From: Promethearchaeota archaeon Loki_b32
GTDB taxonomy: Archaea; Asgardarchaeota; Lokiarchaeia; Sigyniarchaeales; SOKP01
DNA: 64,000 nucleotides
Direction of reading: 5' to 3'
Assembly: GCA_005223125.1 (NCBI GenBank)
Contig: NJBH01000005.1
Location: forward strand, 1-64,000
Shown: one piece after another, positions 50,411 to 61,086 of the stretch
How positions within the stretch are numbered: position 1 is the stretch's first letter
How the letters are laid out: every line of letters starts with the position of its first letter
Notes under the pieces: model-generated
Databases searched by the model: none
What the model saw: only the letters and a program-made list of their open reading frames with translations
Told to the model about the DNA's origin: nothing
Translations under genes and position numbers: made by a program

Positions 50411-50597
50411 AATATATATCTATTATATCATTTTATAAAATTGAATTAAATAATTATTGAATATTGTGTAATAATGTTATCACATAATAATCGATATAAT
50501 AAGAATTAAACGTTTAGAACTTAGATTATATTGAGATAATCAAAAATGAACTAACAAGAATCAGTCAGATAAATATATTAAACCAGATTGATGATTT

Positions 50598-51017
50598 TTA
50601 TGTTGCTGCTAAAATTTCTGGTGGCTTAATTACTCTGTCAATAATATGAATTATCCCGTTTGAAGTAAAGATATCAGCTATTATTACCTTTGCCTTATTT
50701 ATTATTAAATCCTCGTCAGATTTAATTTCTAAATCCGGACCTAATAAAGTTGTAAGATTTTTCTCTAAAGATAATATTTTCGAATCATGTTCACCAGGAA
50801 CAATATGATAGTGAATAACATCTCTCATGAATTTAGTATCTCCCATTATTTCTGTTAATTTTTCAGAAGGAATTTTACCAAAAGCATCATTATTAGGTAC
50901 AAAAATCGTAATTGGCCCCTTTCCCGATAATTCCTCAAAAACTCCTGTTAATTTTAGCATCTGAACAAATGTATAAAGATTTGTATCTTGCTTTAAAATC
51001 TCAATAATTTTATCCAT
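50598..51017 (-). CDS. Fasciclin (FAS1) domain protein
   Basis: GPITIFVPNNDAF, YHIVPG, DIFTSNGIIHIIDRVI. No signal peptide. Confidence 0.92.
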   Translation of the reverse strand: MDKIIEILKQDTNLYTFVQMLKLTGVFEELSGKGPITIFVPNNDAFGKIPSEKLTEIMGDTKFMRDVIHYHIVPGEHDSKILSLEKNLTTLLGPDLEIKSDEDLIINKAKVIIADIFTSNGIIHIIDRVIKPPEILAAT

Positions 51018-51138
51018 TTTAAATATACCTCCTCATTTCAATTTGCTATATATATGAATTTTTTAATGCCATAAATTCAGATCAAAGATTAATATTTAAA
51101 GATTTCTTTTTACCATTTTATCTATTTAGACTTAGCTA

Positions 51139-52632
51139 TTAGAGAACTTTGTCTAAAACTTTTTGCTTATATTCAACATATTTACAAACTTTTGCTAATG
51201 CATTTACAGGTCTATCCCATAATTTAAAAAGAATAACACCATTCTTTCGAAGTTTTTTAGACCATGGACTATTAAAATTCATAGGGTTAACATAGAAGAT
51301 AGGTACAGAATATTTTTTTGAGTTTTTCATTGTAGGATGGAGTAATTTCTGCGCTAATTTGTCTACAAATTCATCTGGTTGATGTTGAAATTCAGCATAT
51401 TTAGCAATTTGATCAAATTTTAGATATTCATCCAAGACTTCTTGGAATCCCACTACGCCATACTGAATTATCGCATCAATTTCTCCCGATTTCATCAACC
51501 TTTCAGGTAAAGTAATATAAAAATAAGGTAAATCCATATCAAAAGTACAATCTACAGGATTCTTAAAACTCGCAGTTGGGGGTAAATTATTTTTCAATTC
51601 TTTTTGAAGAGACTCTGAAAATTCTGGAACTATTAAACCATGATTTTCAGCGTTATTTGCAACCATTGCTCCCGGACCCCCCGAATTTGTTATAATACCA
51701 AGTCTTTTTCCTTTAGGTATTATTCCTTTTGAAAAAATAAGAGCAATATCTAAAAATTCTTGAACGTAATCAGTTTTTATTATACCTGTGTCTTTAAAGA
51801 CTCCTTCATATATTTTAGAATTTCCTGCGAGAGATCCCGTATGGCTTTGCAATGCTCGATTACCTGCTTTAGAACCACCAACATAAATTGCGATTACAGG
51901 CTTTTTTAGAGTAATTTCTTTTGCTATCGCTAAGAATTTTTTGCCTCTTTTAAGCTCTTCAATATATAAACCTATAATTTCTGTATATTTGTCGTCTTTG
52001 TAATACTCAAGGCAATCTACAATATCTACATTCGCTTCATTGCCTACAGATAAAGATCGACTTAACCCTAGATCTAAATTCTCAGGATCATACCATATAT
52101 GACAGGAAAGAGTACCAGATTGGGATGCAATTGAAAATCTACTCCTCTTGAGATTTTCCCAAATAAAGATATTAAAGGATTTATTTTCTTCTTCTGGGCC
52201 ATACCAATTATTGTAAACACCCAAACAATTTGGACCAATAAATCTTATTCCATATTCATCTGCAATATTTTTGATTTCTTTTGTTAGAGTATTTTTACGC
52301 TCCCCTATTAGTTCACGGAACCCTCCAGATATTAAAACTATTCTTTTCACACCTTTTATTCCGCATTCTCTAAAAATTTGAGGAACAGCTTTAGCAGGAA
52401 GAACAATGACAACAAGATCGGGGATCTCTGGAACCTCAGTAATTGATTTATAAGCTTTAAAACCCATTACCGAATCTAATTTAAGATGAATTGGATACAC
52501 ATTCCCATCGTAGCTTGATTTAATTAAATTCATAATCTGAAGGCCAGCTAAAGAATTGCCTTTATTATTCGCTCCATAAATAGCGACACTTTGGGGGTTC
52601 AAAAATCCATGTAAGAAGTGAGATTCATTCAT
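51139..52632 (-). CDS. Acyl-CoA synthetase (ADP-forming) alpha subunit
   Basis: PQSVAIYGA, IGPNCLG, SQSG, SVGNEA, phospho-His SHTGSLAG, TNSGGPG, NPVD. Confidence 0.92.
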   Translation of the reverse strand: MNESHFLHGFLNPQSVAIYGANNKGNSLAGLQIMNLIKSSYDGNVYPIHLKLDSVMGFKAYKSITEVPEIPDLVVIVLPAKAVPQIFRECGIKGVKRIVLISGGFRELIGERKNTLTKEIKNIADEYGIRFIGPNCLGVYNNWYGPEEENKSFNIFIWENLKRSRFSIASQSGTLSCHIWYDPENLDLGLSRSLSVGNEANVDIVDCLEYYKDDKYTEIIGLYIEELKRGKKFLAIAKEITLKKPVIAIYVGGSKAGNRALQSHTGSLAGNSKIYEGVFKDTGIIKTDYVQEFLDIALIFSKGIIPKGKRLGIITNSGGPGAMVANNAENHGLIVPEFSESLQKELKNNLPPTASFKNPVDCTFDMDLPYFYITLPERLMKSGEIDAIIQYGVVGFQEVLDEYLKFDQIAKYAEFQHQPDEFVDKLAQKLLHPTMKNSKKYSVPIFYVNPMNFNSPWSKKLRKNGVILFKLWDRPVNALAKVCKYVEYKQKVLDKVL

Positions 52633-52775
52633 TTATATTCCCTTATATCAAAAAATATTCCATGATTTTAAAACCTAAATTTTTATACCAAGAATAAAAC
52701 TAATAAGAAAACTGTTTTAATATTTTTTAATAAAAAAAAAATTAATTATTTAATAAGAGAAATATAATTAGGCAG

Positions 52776-53093
52776 TTATTCTTCTTCCGCTGCTTTTTTC
52801 GCTATTTTTTCTTTAATTTTATCCCATGCTTTATCAATTGCTTTTTCAACTGCCTTATCTGTTAATTTTTTTATGATATCATTATCAAGCTGAGGTTCAA
52901 TTTGTTCCATTACTTTCTCATGTATTTTTCCTTTAACCTCATCTTCAATGATTTCACCTAAAGATGCATCTTCATCTTCAGCCAAATGTCCAGCAATTGT
53001 ATCAATCAATTCCTTGACTTTTTCCAAGATTGCAGGATCTAATCCTTTTGGAATTTCAGGTTTCTTTATTTTCGGAACTTTAAACGGACTCAA
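52776..53093 (-). CDS. Small helical hypothetical protein (apparent paralog of 6270)
   Basis: 105-aa ORF containing KKLTDKAVEKAIDKAWDKIKEKI. Confidence 0.75.
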   Translation of the reverse strand: MSPFKVPKIKKPEIPKGLDPAILEKVKELIDTIAGHLAEDEDASLGEIIEDEVKGKIHEKVMEQIEPQLDNDIIKKLTDKAVEKAIDKAWDKIKEKIAKKAAEEE

Positions 53094-53169
53094 ATAAGCT
53101 CACTTATTATTGATTTTAATGATTTGAATTACGGTATAATAAACAAAATAGTAATCTTATTTAAATTTA

Positions 53170-53355
53170 GATATCTCTAAATGGGGCGTTGAAAAAGCTA
53201 CGATCCCTAATCGTCTAATTAATTTTTCGGACACTAAAGGCTCTGTTGATGCATCGAGACCAGAATTCGGCACACATAATGAAGAAATTTACTGCAATTT
53301 ATTAGGTTATAGCCGAGATGAACTTAAGAATTGGAAGCGAAAAAAAATTATATGA
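53170..53355 (+). pseudogene. C-terminal remnant of a CaiB/BaiF (class III) CoA-transferase
   Basis: ...INFSDTKGSVDASRPEFGTHNEEIYCNLLGYSRDELKNWKRKKII* matches the family C-terminus. Nothing upstream. Confidence 0.75.
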
Positions 53356-53444
53356 ACAGAATGAGTAAATAAGAAAAAGAAGTATGGATTTTAATATTTA
53401 GTAAAATTATTTTACATAATTTATTCAAAAAAAAGTGTTATATT

Positions 53445-53741
53445 ATGAGTGAAGAAGGAGAAGAAAAAGAAAATTTCGTAGAAAAATTGAATCAACAATT
53501 TACTGATTTCGTTGGAAGTGTTTTTGGCGAATCTGGAAAGGATTTTATTGAGGAAACTTCTGAAAAAATAAAAGAATTCAGTTCTGGTGCTATTGAAAAA
53601 TTTATGGAATTTAGCGATGATGTAATTGAAAAACTTAACTTAAATGAAAATGAACAAGTAATTAAAGCTCGAGATAGCGTAGAAGACTTGTTAAAACAAG
53701 CAGGACTCTTAAAAGAAAGCGAGGAAGAAGAGGAGTTCTAA
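53445..53741 (+). CDS. Small acidic helical protein
   Basis: 98-aa Glu-rich ORF. Confidence 0.75.
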   Translation: MSEEGEEKENFVEKLNQQFTDFVGSVFGESGKDFIEETSEKIKEFSSGAIEKFMEFSDDVIEKLNLNENEQVIKARDSVEDLLKQAGLLKESEEEEEF

Positions 53742-53818
53742 TAGAAATTTAGAATTTTGGATTTAAATTTTATTTATTTCTTTATTTTAATTTAAAAACT
53801 AATTTTAATTAAAATTAA

Positions 53819-54061
53819 TTACATAACATTAGCGTTTTTTAAGAAAGATTTAATTTCTTCTTGAGTTGCATTAAATAATTCTGATATAACCATTAAGGAT
53901 GTTACCTCATCCATTCCTAAACCAGTATAATCTTGATATAATTTTATCCAAGTTTCCTTTTGAGTATATTTTTCTGGATGCGTGCTCTGGATATGAGCCC
54001 AGTAAGGATGTTCTAGCGCGACACCACAATATGGGCAAAACCTAGACTCTTCTTCACTCAT
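53819..54061 (-). CDS. Small C2H2-type zinc-finger protein
   Basis: CPYC-x10-H-x4-H followed by a short helical domain. Confidence 0.75.
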   Translation of the reverse strand: MSEEESRFCPYCGVALEHPYWAHIQSTHPEKYTQKETWIKLYQDYTGLGMDEVTSLMVISELFNATQEEIKSFLKNANVM

Positions 54062-54200
54062 AAAATTAATCCCTAACCTTATTAATCATTTATATTTTTT
54101 TTTTTTTTTTGAGTAATTGTAATAAACCAATATTAGTATAAAAAATTTTTAATTTCGAAAATTTAAAAAATACGCACTGAGAGTTTTTTGTCATAATCTT

Positions 54201-54716
54201 TTATTCCCATTTATTTTTCAAATCTTTTCTTGTAAGTTTTCTAACTTTAGCTATAGCCCAGACTACATAATGATAGCAATTCTTAGCCCATATTTTGTTT
54301 TTTTGATATTCTTTCATGCCTTCCGGTTTGCTAAAATCATAACCACAGAGTTCTGAGCAAATAACCGTATTAAATTCTTTTTCAAATTCAGTTGCAAATT
54401 TCGCTGCCTTCAGATATGACATTAACATAGTTCCGTTGTCCATCCTTTCGTGTCCTCCCATAATAACTCCTATTGCTGAACATGCCCCGCAAACAGCACC
54501 GCAGGCTCCTTGCCAGCCCTCTTTAGATTTGTAACCACCAAACCCCCCAGCTAGAGGGATTGCAAGGTTATGAAAAATATGGCTATCGATTCCCAAAATA
54601 TCTAGAACACTAGTCAATGTCAGTTCAGCACAATTGGCGCCCACTTTAAGTTTAGGTAATAATTCATTTAATTCTTTAATTTTTTCGTCAAATCTTTTAT
54701 CAATGTTTTGTAACAT
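54201..54716 (-). CDS. C-GCAxxG-C-C family redox protein
   Basis: NCAE, AGGFGG, GACGAVCGA, ICSEL, NC. Confidence 0.88.
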   Translation of the reverse strand: MLQNIDKRFDEKIKELNELLPKLKVGANCAELTLTSVLDILGIDSHIFHNLAIPLAGGFGGYKSKEGWQGACGAVCGACSAIGVIMGGHERMDNGTMLMSYLKAAKFATEFEKEFNTVICSELCGYDFSKPEGMKEYQKNKIWAKNCYHYVVWAIAKVRKLTRKDLKNKWE

Positions 54717-54849
54717 AATTATAACTTAATCTTAGTTTGTTGTTTTTAACGGTATAAATATATAGTCTAAAATTAAATATGAAAATAGCTATTAGTTTCT
54801 TAACAATAATTTTTAGTAATATAATTATAAATCATATTTTTCTGACTCT

Positions 54850-55299
54850 ATGAGGAAGGAACTTTACGAGATAGGTTTTGTATTCCGAGGATTTGTCCTA
54901 GTCAATCATACATTTAAAGAATTACCTGTTCAAAAAGACCATGGAATAAATAAGGATCTTAGAGGGGCATTTATTTCTGCTATTAATACATTTGTAGATA
55001 CCGCTTTTAATAAAAATTCTTTAGAATATTTAGAGTCGGGAAATATCTTATTTATCTTTAAAATATCTGAAGTTCAATCCGTAGACAATCATGTTAAAGA
55101 ACCAATAATATTATATGGGTTAGTCGATAAGAGTAAAAAGAAATCAGATAAACTCGTTAGGAAATTTTTCGAGAAAGTTGATCCCGTGTTACAATTATTT
55201 ATTCAAAGATACAATGGAGTCGATTTCACTCAATTAAACCAATTTGAGTATTTTAATGAAACATTACTGGAGTTTTTTATAAAAAAAACTCAAGAATAA
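54850..55299 (+). CDS. Stand-alone longin-like domain protein
   Basis: EIGFVFRGFVLV...DLRGAFISAINTFV...LEYLESGNILFIF...ILYGLV...LFIQRY...FEYFNETL follows a beta-beta-alpha-beta-beta-beta-alpha-alpha pattern. Confidence 0.65.
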   Translation: MRKELYEIGFVFRGFVLVNHTFKELPVQKDHGINKDLRGAFISAINTFVDTAFNKNSLEYLESGNILFIFKISEVQSVDNHVKEPIILYGLVDKSKKKSDKLVRKFFEKVDPVLQLFIQRYNGVDFTQLNQFEYFNETLLEFFIKKTQE

Positions 55300-56970
55300 T
55301 TATTCAACTAAACTCCAGCCTTTGGGTTTAGCCCTTGAGTATTGAATTTTGCCTTGTTCTTTTAGTATTGCTATTTCTTTTTCAATTTGAGTATTAGAGA
55401 ATCCTTTTTCCTTGATATCACTAATAAATTGAGCTTTTGTAGCTACTACTTTTTGCTCTTTTAAATAAGCGTTAATGACATCTTCCAATGAACCCCCAGC
55501 ACTCACTTTTTCTTTTGGAACTGGCTTCTTAGGTTCACTTCCAAGAGCGGCACGTAATTTTACCTTTTTAGGCTCAACTGATTTTTCAATGACTAATGGT
55601 TGTACTTTAGGTTTTGGTTGCTCTTCAACTTTAACTTCAGCTTTAACCTCTTCAGGCATTTCTTTTTGGATTTCTTCATCAGGTAAACTCCAAACAGGGT
55701 AATTAACCTTTTCATAAACAACTGATTTTTGCGTCTTTAAAAGTGCGAATTCATCTAATATTTCATCTTCAGAATACCCTAATTCTGATAAATCTTTCAT
55801 CAAATCTTTTAGATGTCCCTTTTCTTGCAATATATTGAAAATATGTTCTCTTATATTTGAGGGGATATCCTTTATTTTGGCTATTTCCTTAATTAAATCT
55901 TCTCTTTTGCTTATCTGTATTTCAGGTATTCTTATTTTTTGAGGAATATCAAGTGATTGTTTTTGGCCCCATTCAAAATCAGTAACATTTCTAATTTTAC
56001 GATCATATCCACCAAATACAATCTGTTTTAAATTTTGTTCTTTAACTGTGCAATAGCATACTTTTTTAATTGATGTAGCCACTTTTGTCTTCCATTTTAA
56101 TTCAAAATCTTGAGAATTTAACGAAGGATTATGGAATACCTTTAATGAACCATCAGCGCATCCAGCAACAATTTCCTTAGCATTATCACCATCAATATCT
56201 TCAACTAATAATGAAATAGGGCGTCCTTCATTAGTATCAATCTCTGTTATTAGCTCTCCCTCACTGTTTAGAATTTTAATGGAAGAATCATCTGTACTAA
56301 GAATAACTTCATTAAAGCCATCATTTGTTACATCTCCGACTTTAATATCATTAATTTGAGAGCTAAAATTTTTCTGCCAAACAATATCAACCATGTTATC
56401 CTGAAATTGAATTAGTTGAACTAATCCATTTTTTGTGCCAACTAATAGTCCATAAATAGGATCTTCTACATCAGGTAATTTTAAGTAATTCAAAGTGCAA
56501 GTTGTGACCCAGGAGTCATAGTAAAGGATATATTTTGGCTCCTTAGCCTTTAATTCATCGAAAATTCTAAGGGTCTTATCTTCACTCCCAAATATCAGTT
56601 CAATATCCCCATCTCGAGTAAAATCTCCTGCGATACAGCAATTGATCCTCTTAGATGATTTGTAGCGCATTAATCCTACTAGTTTTTTCTTTTCTAAATT
56701 TAACTTTAAAACCATGAAATTTCCATCTCCAGCCCCAACTAGCACTTCATCACATCCATCTCCATCGAGATCAATAGGATAACAGCACCGACACCATCCA
56801 TCAAAAACCCTTTCATCGATAATATTCTTCTCTTCATCCATTAGATAAAGAGTTTTATCATGTCCACCAAAAATTAGAAAATTATTGTTTTTACAACTCA
56901 AAACTGAACATGTTAACACCGCATCCGGACATTCAAACATCCAATTCAGTTGATAACGTTTTCTTATCAT
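55300..56970 (-). CDS. FG-GAP-like beta-propeller protein with C-terminal wHTH-like domain
   Basis: Repeats DLDGDGCDEVLVG, GDFTRDGDIELIFGSED, GDVTNDGFNEVIL, EDIDGDNAKEIVAG, a Pro/Lys/Glu linker, and terminal L.EQGKIQYS..KPKGW. Confidence 0.8.
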   Translation of the reverse strand: MIRKRYQLNWMFECPDAVLTCSVLSCKNNNFLIFGGHDKTLYLMDEEKNIIDERVFDGWCRCCYPIDLDGDGCDEVLVGAGDGNFMVLKLNLEKKKLVGLMRYKSSKRINCCIAGDFTRDGDIELIFGSEDKTLRIFDELKAKEPKYILYYDSWVTTCTLNYLKLPDVEDPIYGLLVGTKNGLVQLIQFQDNMVDIVWQKNFSSQINDIKVGDVTNDGFNEVILSTDDSSIKILNSEGELITEIDTNEGRPISLLVEDIDGDNAKEIVAGCADGSLKVFHNPSLNSQDFELKWKTKVATSIKKVCYCTVKEQNLKQIVFGGYDRKIRNVTDFEWGQKQSLDIPQKIRIPEIQISKREDLIKEIAKIKDIPSNIREHIFNILQEKGHLKDLMKDLSELGYSEDEILDEFALLKTQKSVVYEKVNYPVWSLPDEEIQKEMPEEVKAEVKVEEQPKPKVQPLVIEKSVEPKKVKLRAALGSEPKKPVPKEKVSAGGSLEDVINAYLKEQKVVATKAQFISDIKEKGFSNTQIEKEIAILKEQGKIQYSRAKPKGWSLVE

Positions 56971-57120
56971 GATTTCTCAAGATTATATATAATAATAGAA
57001 ATTAATGGTACTAATTAAAATAAATTTCATTGTTTATTCATTTAATACTTATCCCTAAGTTTATTAAAGTATTATTGAAAAATATAAAAAATAAAAAAAA
57101 TAAAAAATGTTATTTTAATT

Positions 57121-59304
57121 TTAGAGCGCTAATTGGGCATCAGAAGGACTATATTTACCAGTACCTGTTATTTCATAGGTTATTTCTAAGTGGTCTCCTA
57201 CTTCTAAAACATCAATATCCCATTTTAATGTATCTTGTCCCACTTCATCTGTAATTTCAGGAGTCATGGAATAGGTTCCATATTCAAATGAATCTGGAAC
57301 TTTATCGAGTAGTACAAGATGATGCAATTTAGATTCACCAATATTTTCAAGCGTTAATATAATTCTGTAGTTCCCGAGATCTCCAATAGGTACAACTTCC
57401 TTTCCAATCCTGAATTTTCGTCTGATGTGCATTGCCTCGATTACAGGAACCTCTGGTTTGAATTCTAACTCTTGACTTACTGGAAAAGTATTAGCGAGAT
57501 AAGTAATTTCAGATTCAAAGGTAGATTCACGTGCAGGATTTACGCAATGAATAGGATATTCAAACTCCATTGTTGATTCAGGCTTAAACATACCAGTGCT
57601 ACTGTCTTTTAGATCTCTAAGATCAATTTTGAATTCATTATTCTCAAAACTTACGGCAACATCAGCTACTTCAACTTCTTCTCCATCCCATACTAGTTTA
57701 ATCTCATCTGCTTTTGGTGGTTGATATTCTTCTGAAAAACTCTGCTGAACAAGTGTTACCTCATTTAGAGGAGCCGAACCATTATTGACTAATTTAAGTG
57801 TAGCGACAACATCTTTAGTTCGATAAGTAGGAACTTCAGTCAAGTTATAGGACATTACTCCAGTAATACTACCAATCTCTAAGATAACATCTGAAAGAGC
57901 AATTGTTCCATTTACGATGGTTTGAAAATCAGGCATTACCCTAAATTCTAATTTTTTCCTGAAAGTAGGATATTCTTCACTCTCAAATTCCCATTTCGTT
58001 GAGTGCCATTGTGCGCCACTAGGAAGTAAGGGTACATCATTTGGGTCAATATCTACAAATTTTTTTGACTCATCTTCAGGAGAATATACATCCGCATTGA
58101 AAAGTTGAATAATAAATTCCGAAGAATTATCAAATACAAGTTTACAGTCGAATATTCCTGGTTCTTCATCTCTTTCAACTGTATCTATATAAAATTTATT
58201 TCTTGTATACGCATCAAACTTACCTATATCTAAACCTTCAGCAAAAGAAGATGCGCTTTGGTATGTGACTTCAATTGTTCCTGTTCGTCTTTTAGTTATA
58301 TCATTAACCATGATGTTACAGGTGAATTTCAACATCACAGTGTACTCTGGGGCCAATTTATCAATAGTCCAGACTATTTGATTTCCTTCAATATTAGCTC
58401 TTCCTTCAGTAGTATCTTTGATCATCGGGTTTGTAAAATCATCTGGAATATTTTTTACAACTTTAATATTGGAAACAGGTTTATCAAACATACTTCTAAG
58501 GGCTATAGCGAAGTGAACCACATTTTCTTTATCAATTGAGATTCCGAAAGATTCTAGGCCACTTTCAACAAGAGTTCCTCCATCTCCCCAAGTCTCGCCC
58601 GTTATTGTTTCCTCTTCTTCCTCTTCTTCTTCCTCCTCTTCGGCTTCAGGTTCTTTTGGAGATTTAGCAGGTTTAGCAGGTTTAGCAGGTTTAGAGGGCA
58701 CACCACTTTTTTTATCCTTTAATTTTAATAACTCTTTCTCAATATCATTTATGTTTAATGCATCATCCGCGTTTGGATTTGTATTAATAAACTCTTTCAC
58801 AAGAAGGAGATTTTTAATATCCTTTGTTATTTTAAATTCTCTTGAGTCTACATTATCAGGAGATTCAGTACCTAATTCTCTTATTGATATATCTTTTGAT
58901 TTCAAATCTGTACTTCCAATATTTTCAAGTGAAACATCAATATCCCATAATCTATCAACTTTACTAGAATTCTCAATGTTAAATTTTCCACTATGGGCAA
59001 ACGATTTAATATTAACATCATGATCTTGTTCTACATCAACAGTTTCAATTATTTTCACTAAGGCTAATAGTCCCTCCCTATTACCATTTTTCAAAACGAT
59101 ACTACCTTCGAGTTCTCCAGTGTCTTCATCATATGTTTCAATAATAGGTGTAGATGTATCTCTATCAATTAATTCAACTAGTCCTGTGTCCATGTCTTTT
59201 CTTTTTAATGCCTCAGCAATAATCTCTTCTTCAGCTTCTGTCGCATCATAGCCCATTCGTGTCGATGGTCTCGTTACTTTCTTTTTCTTATCTTTTTTAG
59301 CCAT
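57121..59304 (-). CDS. Acidic multi-beta-sandwich protein, no signal peptide
   Basis: 727 aa with repeated Ig-like patterns (V.L.N.G..PL..V.L, W.I..L), a basic N-terminus and an internal low-complexity loop. Confidence 0.85.
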   Translation of the reverse strand: MAKKDKKKKVTRPSTRMGYDATEAEEEIIAEALKRKDMDTGLVELIDRDTSTPIIETYDEDTGELEGSIVLKNGNREGLLALVKIIETVDVEQDHDVNIKSFAHSGKFNIENSSKVDRLWDIDVSLENIGSTDLKSKDISIRELGTESPDNVDSREFKITKDIKNLLLVKEFINTNPNADDALNINDIEKELLKLKDKKSGVPSKPAKPAKPAKSPKEPEAEEEEEEEEEEETITGETWGDGGTLVESGLESFGISIDKENVVHFAIALRSMFDKPVSNIKVVKNIPDDFTNPMIKDTTEGRANIEGNQIVWTIDKLAPEYTVMLKFTCNIMVNDITKRRTGTIEVTYQSASSFAEGLDIGKFDAYTRNKFYIDTVERDEEPGIFDCKLVFDNSSEFIIQLFNADVYSPEDESKKFVDIDPNDVPLLPSGAQWHSTKWEFESEEYPTFRKKLEFRVMPDFQTIVNGTIALSDVILEIGSITGVMSYNLTEVPTYRTKDVVATLKLVNNGSAPLNEVTLVQQSFSEEYQPPKADEIKLVWDGEEVEVADVAVSFENNEFKIDLRDLKDSSTGMFKPESTMEFEYPIHCVNPARESTFESEITYLANTFPVSQELEFKPEVPVIEAMHIRRKFRIGKEVVPIGDLGNYRIILTLENIGESKLHHLVLLDKVPDSFEYGTYSMTPEITDEVGQDTLKWDIDVLEVGDHLEITYEITGTGKYSPSDAQLAL
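58663..58694 (-). repeat. 9-bp tandem repeat encoding (PAK)x3 next to a poly-Glu tract
   Basis: TTTAGCAGG x3.5, protein PSKPAKPAKPAKSPKEPEAEEEEEEEEEE. Confidence 0.9.
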
Positions 59305-59634
59305 TGTTTTTTACCAAGACTTTATTTTGATTTAATTTGAAAACTATTTACCAATTAATATAAATTAATCGATAAAATAAATTCATCGGCAAACTTTAAA
59401 AAATTTATCAATATAAGAGGTCAGAGAGTTGTGTGTAACAGAAATGAAGTTTTATCCCATTTTACACAAATTTCTTATCATTTTTTTTTGGATAAAATGG
59501 TTTTATGTTAGGATCATTAAATTCATGACCACACATGGGACATTTACTCTTAATATTTCTTGTTTTAATATCTAAATGAAAGCTGAAACCACATAAAGGA
59601 CAAATTATTACTTCACTCATTATTATCACTTTTA

Positions 59635-61086
59635 TTAAGAGCTTTGTATTTTAATTTTTCGTGAAAGGAGAATCAAGATTATATCATTAACATTACATCC
59701 TGTAGGACCTGTAATTAGTTCAACACCTAATTTCTGGAAAAATCTATTTGAATCATTATTTTCTAAGAATTTCTCTGGATCAATTTTCTTAAGAACCATT
59801 TGTTCCAATACGTAATTATCGACAAGAGCCCCCATTGCTTTACTGTTTCCTTCAATACCATCAAGATTCGCACCAATGATTAAAAAATTGTTATCAAAAT
59901 TCTTATTTTTTACATTATTTAGGAAACTTAATAACATCTCTTGATTCCTTCCCCCAATACCAGTTCCTTTAATTGTAACTGTCAATTCACCAGTTCCAAT
60001 TAGCGCAATCTTTTCAATTTTATTCCTATCTAAACTTTCTATTCCATCTTGAGTAGTTATGTTATATACAGTTTTTCCAAATTCTTTAGCTTCACCAATT
60101 ATATTATTAGAGAAAAATTTGACTTCAAATCCCTGTTCAATTAAGAATATTTTAACTTTCTGAGCTGCAAGGGACACACTTCCAATTAAATAATTATGAA
60201 TATTTGTAAAACAAACATCATCGGGTTTTGGATTTTCTAATGTTTTATCTAATAATCCCTTTTCTAAATATTCTTTTACTGAATTTGGGATTTCTTTTAA
60301 GAGCTCATATTTCTTTATTATTTCAAGAGCATCCTCATAAGTACTTCTATCAGGTACGGTAGGTCCAGAAGCAATCGAATCTAAATTATCCCCGACAACA
60401 TCTGAAATGATCAATGAAATCATGGTGGCCCCACTTGAATTATATAATTGCTTTGCTAAATTACCTCCCTTAAAATCGGATAAATGTTTTCTAATAGTAT
60501 TAATTTCGTGAATTGATGCCCCAGAAGATATTAGTAAGGAATTAACTTTTTGTAATTCTTCAAGTTTTATACCTTGTTTTGGCAAAGGAAGTAAAGCAGA
60601 ACCCCCTCCAGAAATTAAACAGAAGAAAAGATCTTTTTCAGTCGAATTCTTAACAATGTCTATCATGGATTTAGTTCCGCTAAGTCCTTTTTCATTTGGG
60701 ATAGGATGTGAAGCAAAATTAATGATTATTTTACTTTCTTTAATATTTTCTGGGATTTCTGAATTCTCTGGTATATTTATAATACCCTCATAATCAATAT
60801 CTTTCATATTTACTAACATTCTTTCAAGTGCCAATGACATTTCTGCTGTTGCCTTTCCCCCACCAATAACATATATCTTTTTAAATTTGTGTAAATCGTA
60901 CTCATCATTTTGAATGAATAATTTACCATTTTGGAATTTAAGTGATTTTTCTATTATGTTTTTAGGTTTTACTGCAGATATTGATATTTCAAGAGCATTT
61001 AGCCCAATTTCTCTTAGAGTTAATATATTGCTGTTTAAACCATCGAAAAGAAGTTGTGAAGCATTTTTAATATACAAAAGCAACAC
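59635..61086 (-). CDS. Glycerate kinase type 2 (DUF4147/MOFRL)
   Basis: IGGGKA, ASHPIP, LISGGGSAL, RKHLSDFKGG, SDVVGD, IASGPT, GGRNQE, TGPTGCNVND. Confidence 0.94.
   Translation of the reverse strand: MLLLYIKNASQLLFDGLNSNILTLREIGLNALEISISAVKPKNIIEKSLKFQNGKLFIQNDEYDLHKFKKIYVIGGGKATAEMSLALERMLVNMKDIDYEGIINIPENSEIPENIKESKIIINFASHPIPNEKGLSGTKSMIDIVKNSTEKDLFFCLISGGGSALLPLPKQGIKLEELQKVNSLLISSGASIHEINTIRKHLSDFKGGNLAKQLYNSSGATMISLIISDVVGDNLDSIASGPTVPDRSTYEDALEIIKKYELLKEIPNSVKEYLEKGLLDKTLENPKPDDVCFTNIHNYLIGSVSLAAQKVKIFLIEQGFEVKFFSNNIIGEAKEFGKTVYNITTQDGIESLDRNKIEKIALIGTGELTVTIKGTGIGGRNQEMLLSFLNNVKNKNFDNNFLIIGANLDGIEGNSKAMGALVDNYVLEQMVLKKIDPEKFLENNDSNRFFQKLGVELITGPTGCNVNDIILILLSRKIKIQSS

Noticed and set aside
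28271-54110. Long homopolymers (A-run near 28271, T-run near 54096)
   Set aside because: Intergenic, and consistent with ordinary terminator-like tracts or low-complexity AT-rich DNA.
7601-59441. TGTTACA motif shared by intergenic regions at about 7604, 18882 and 59434
   Set aside because: Too short to be significant in such AT-rich DNA without genome-wide statistics.
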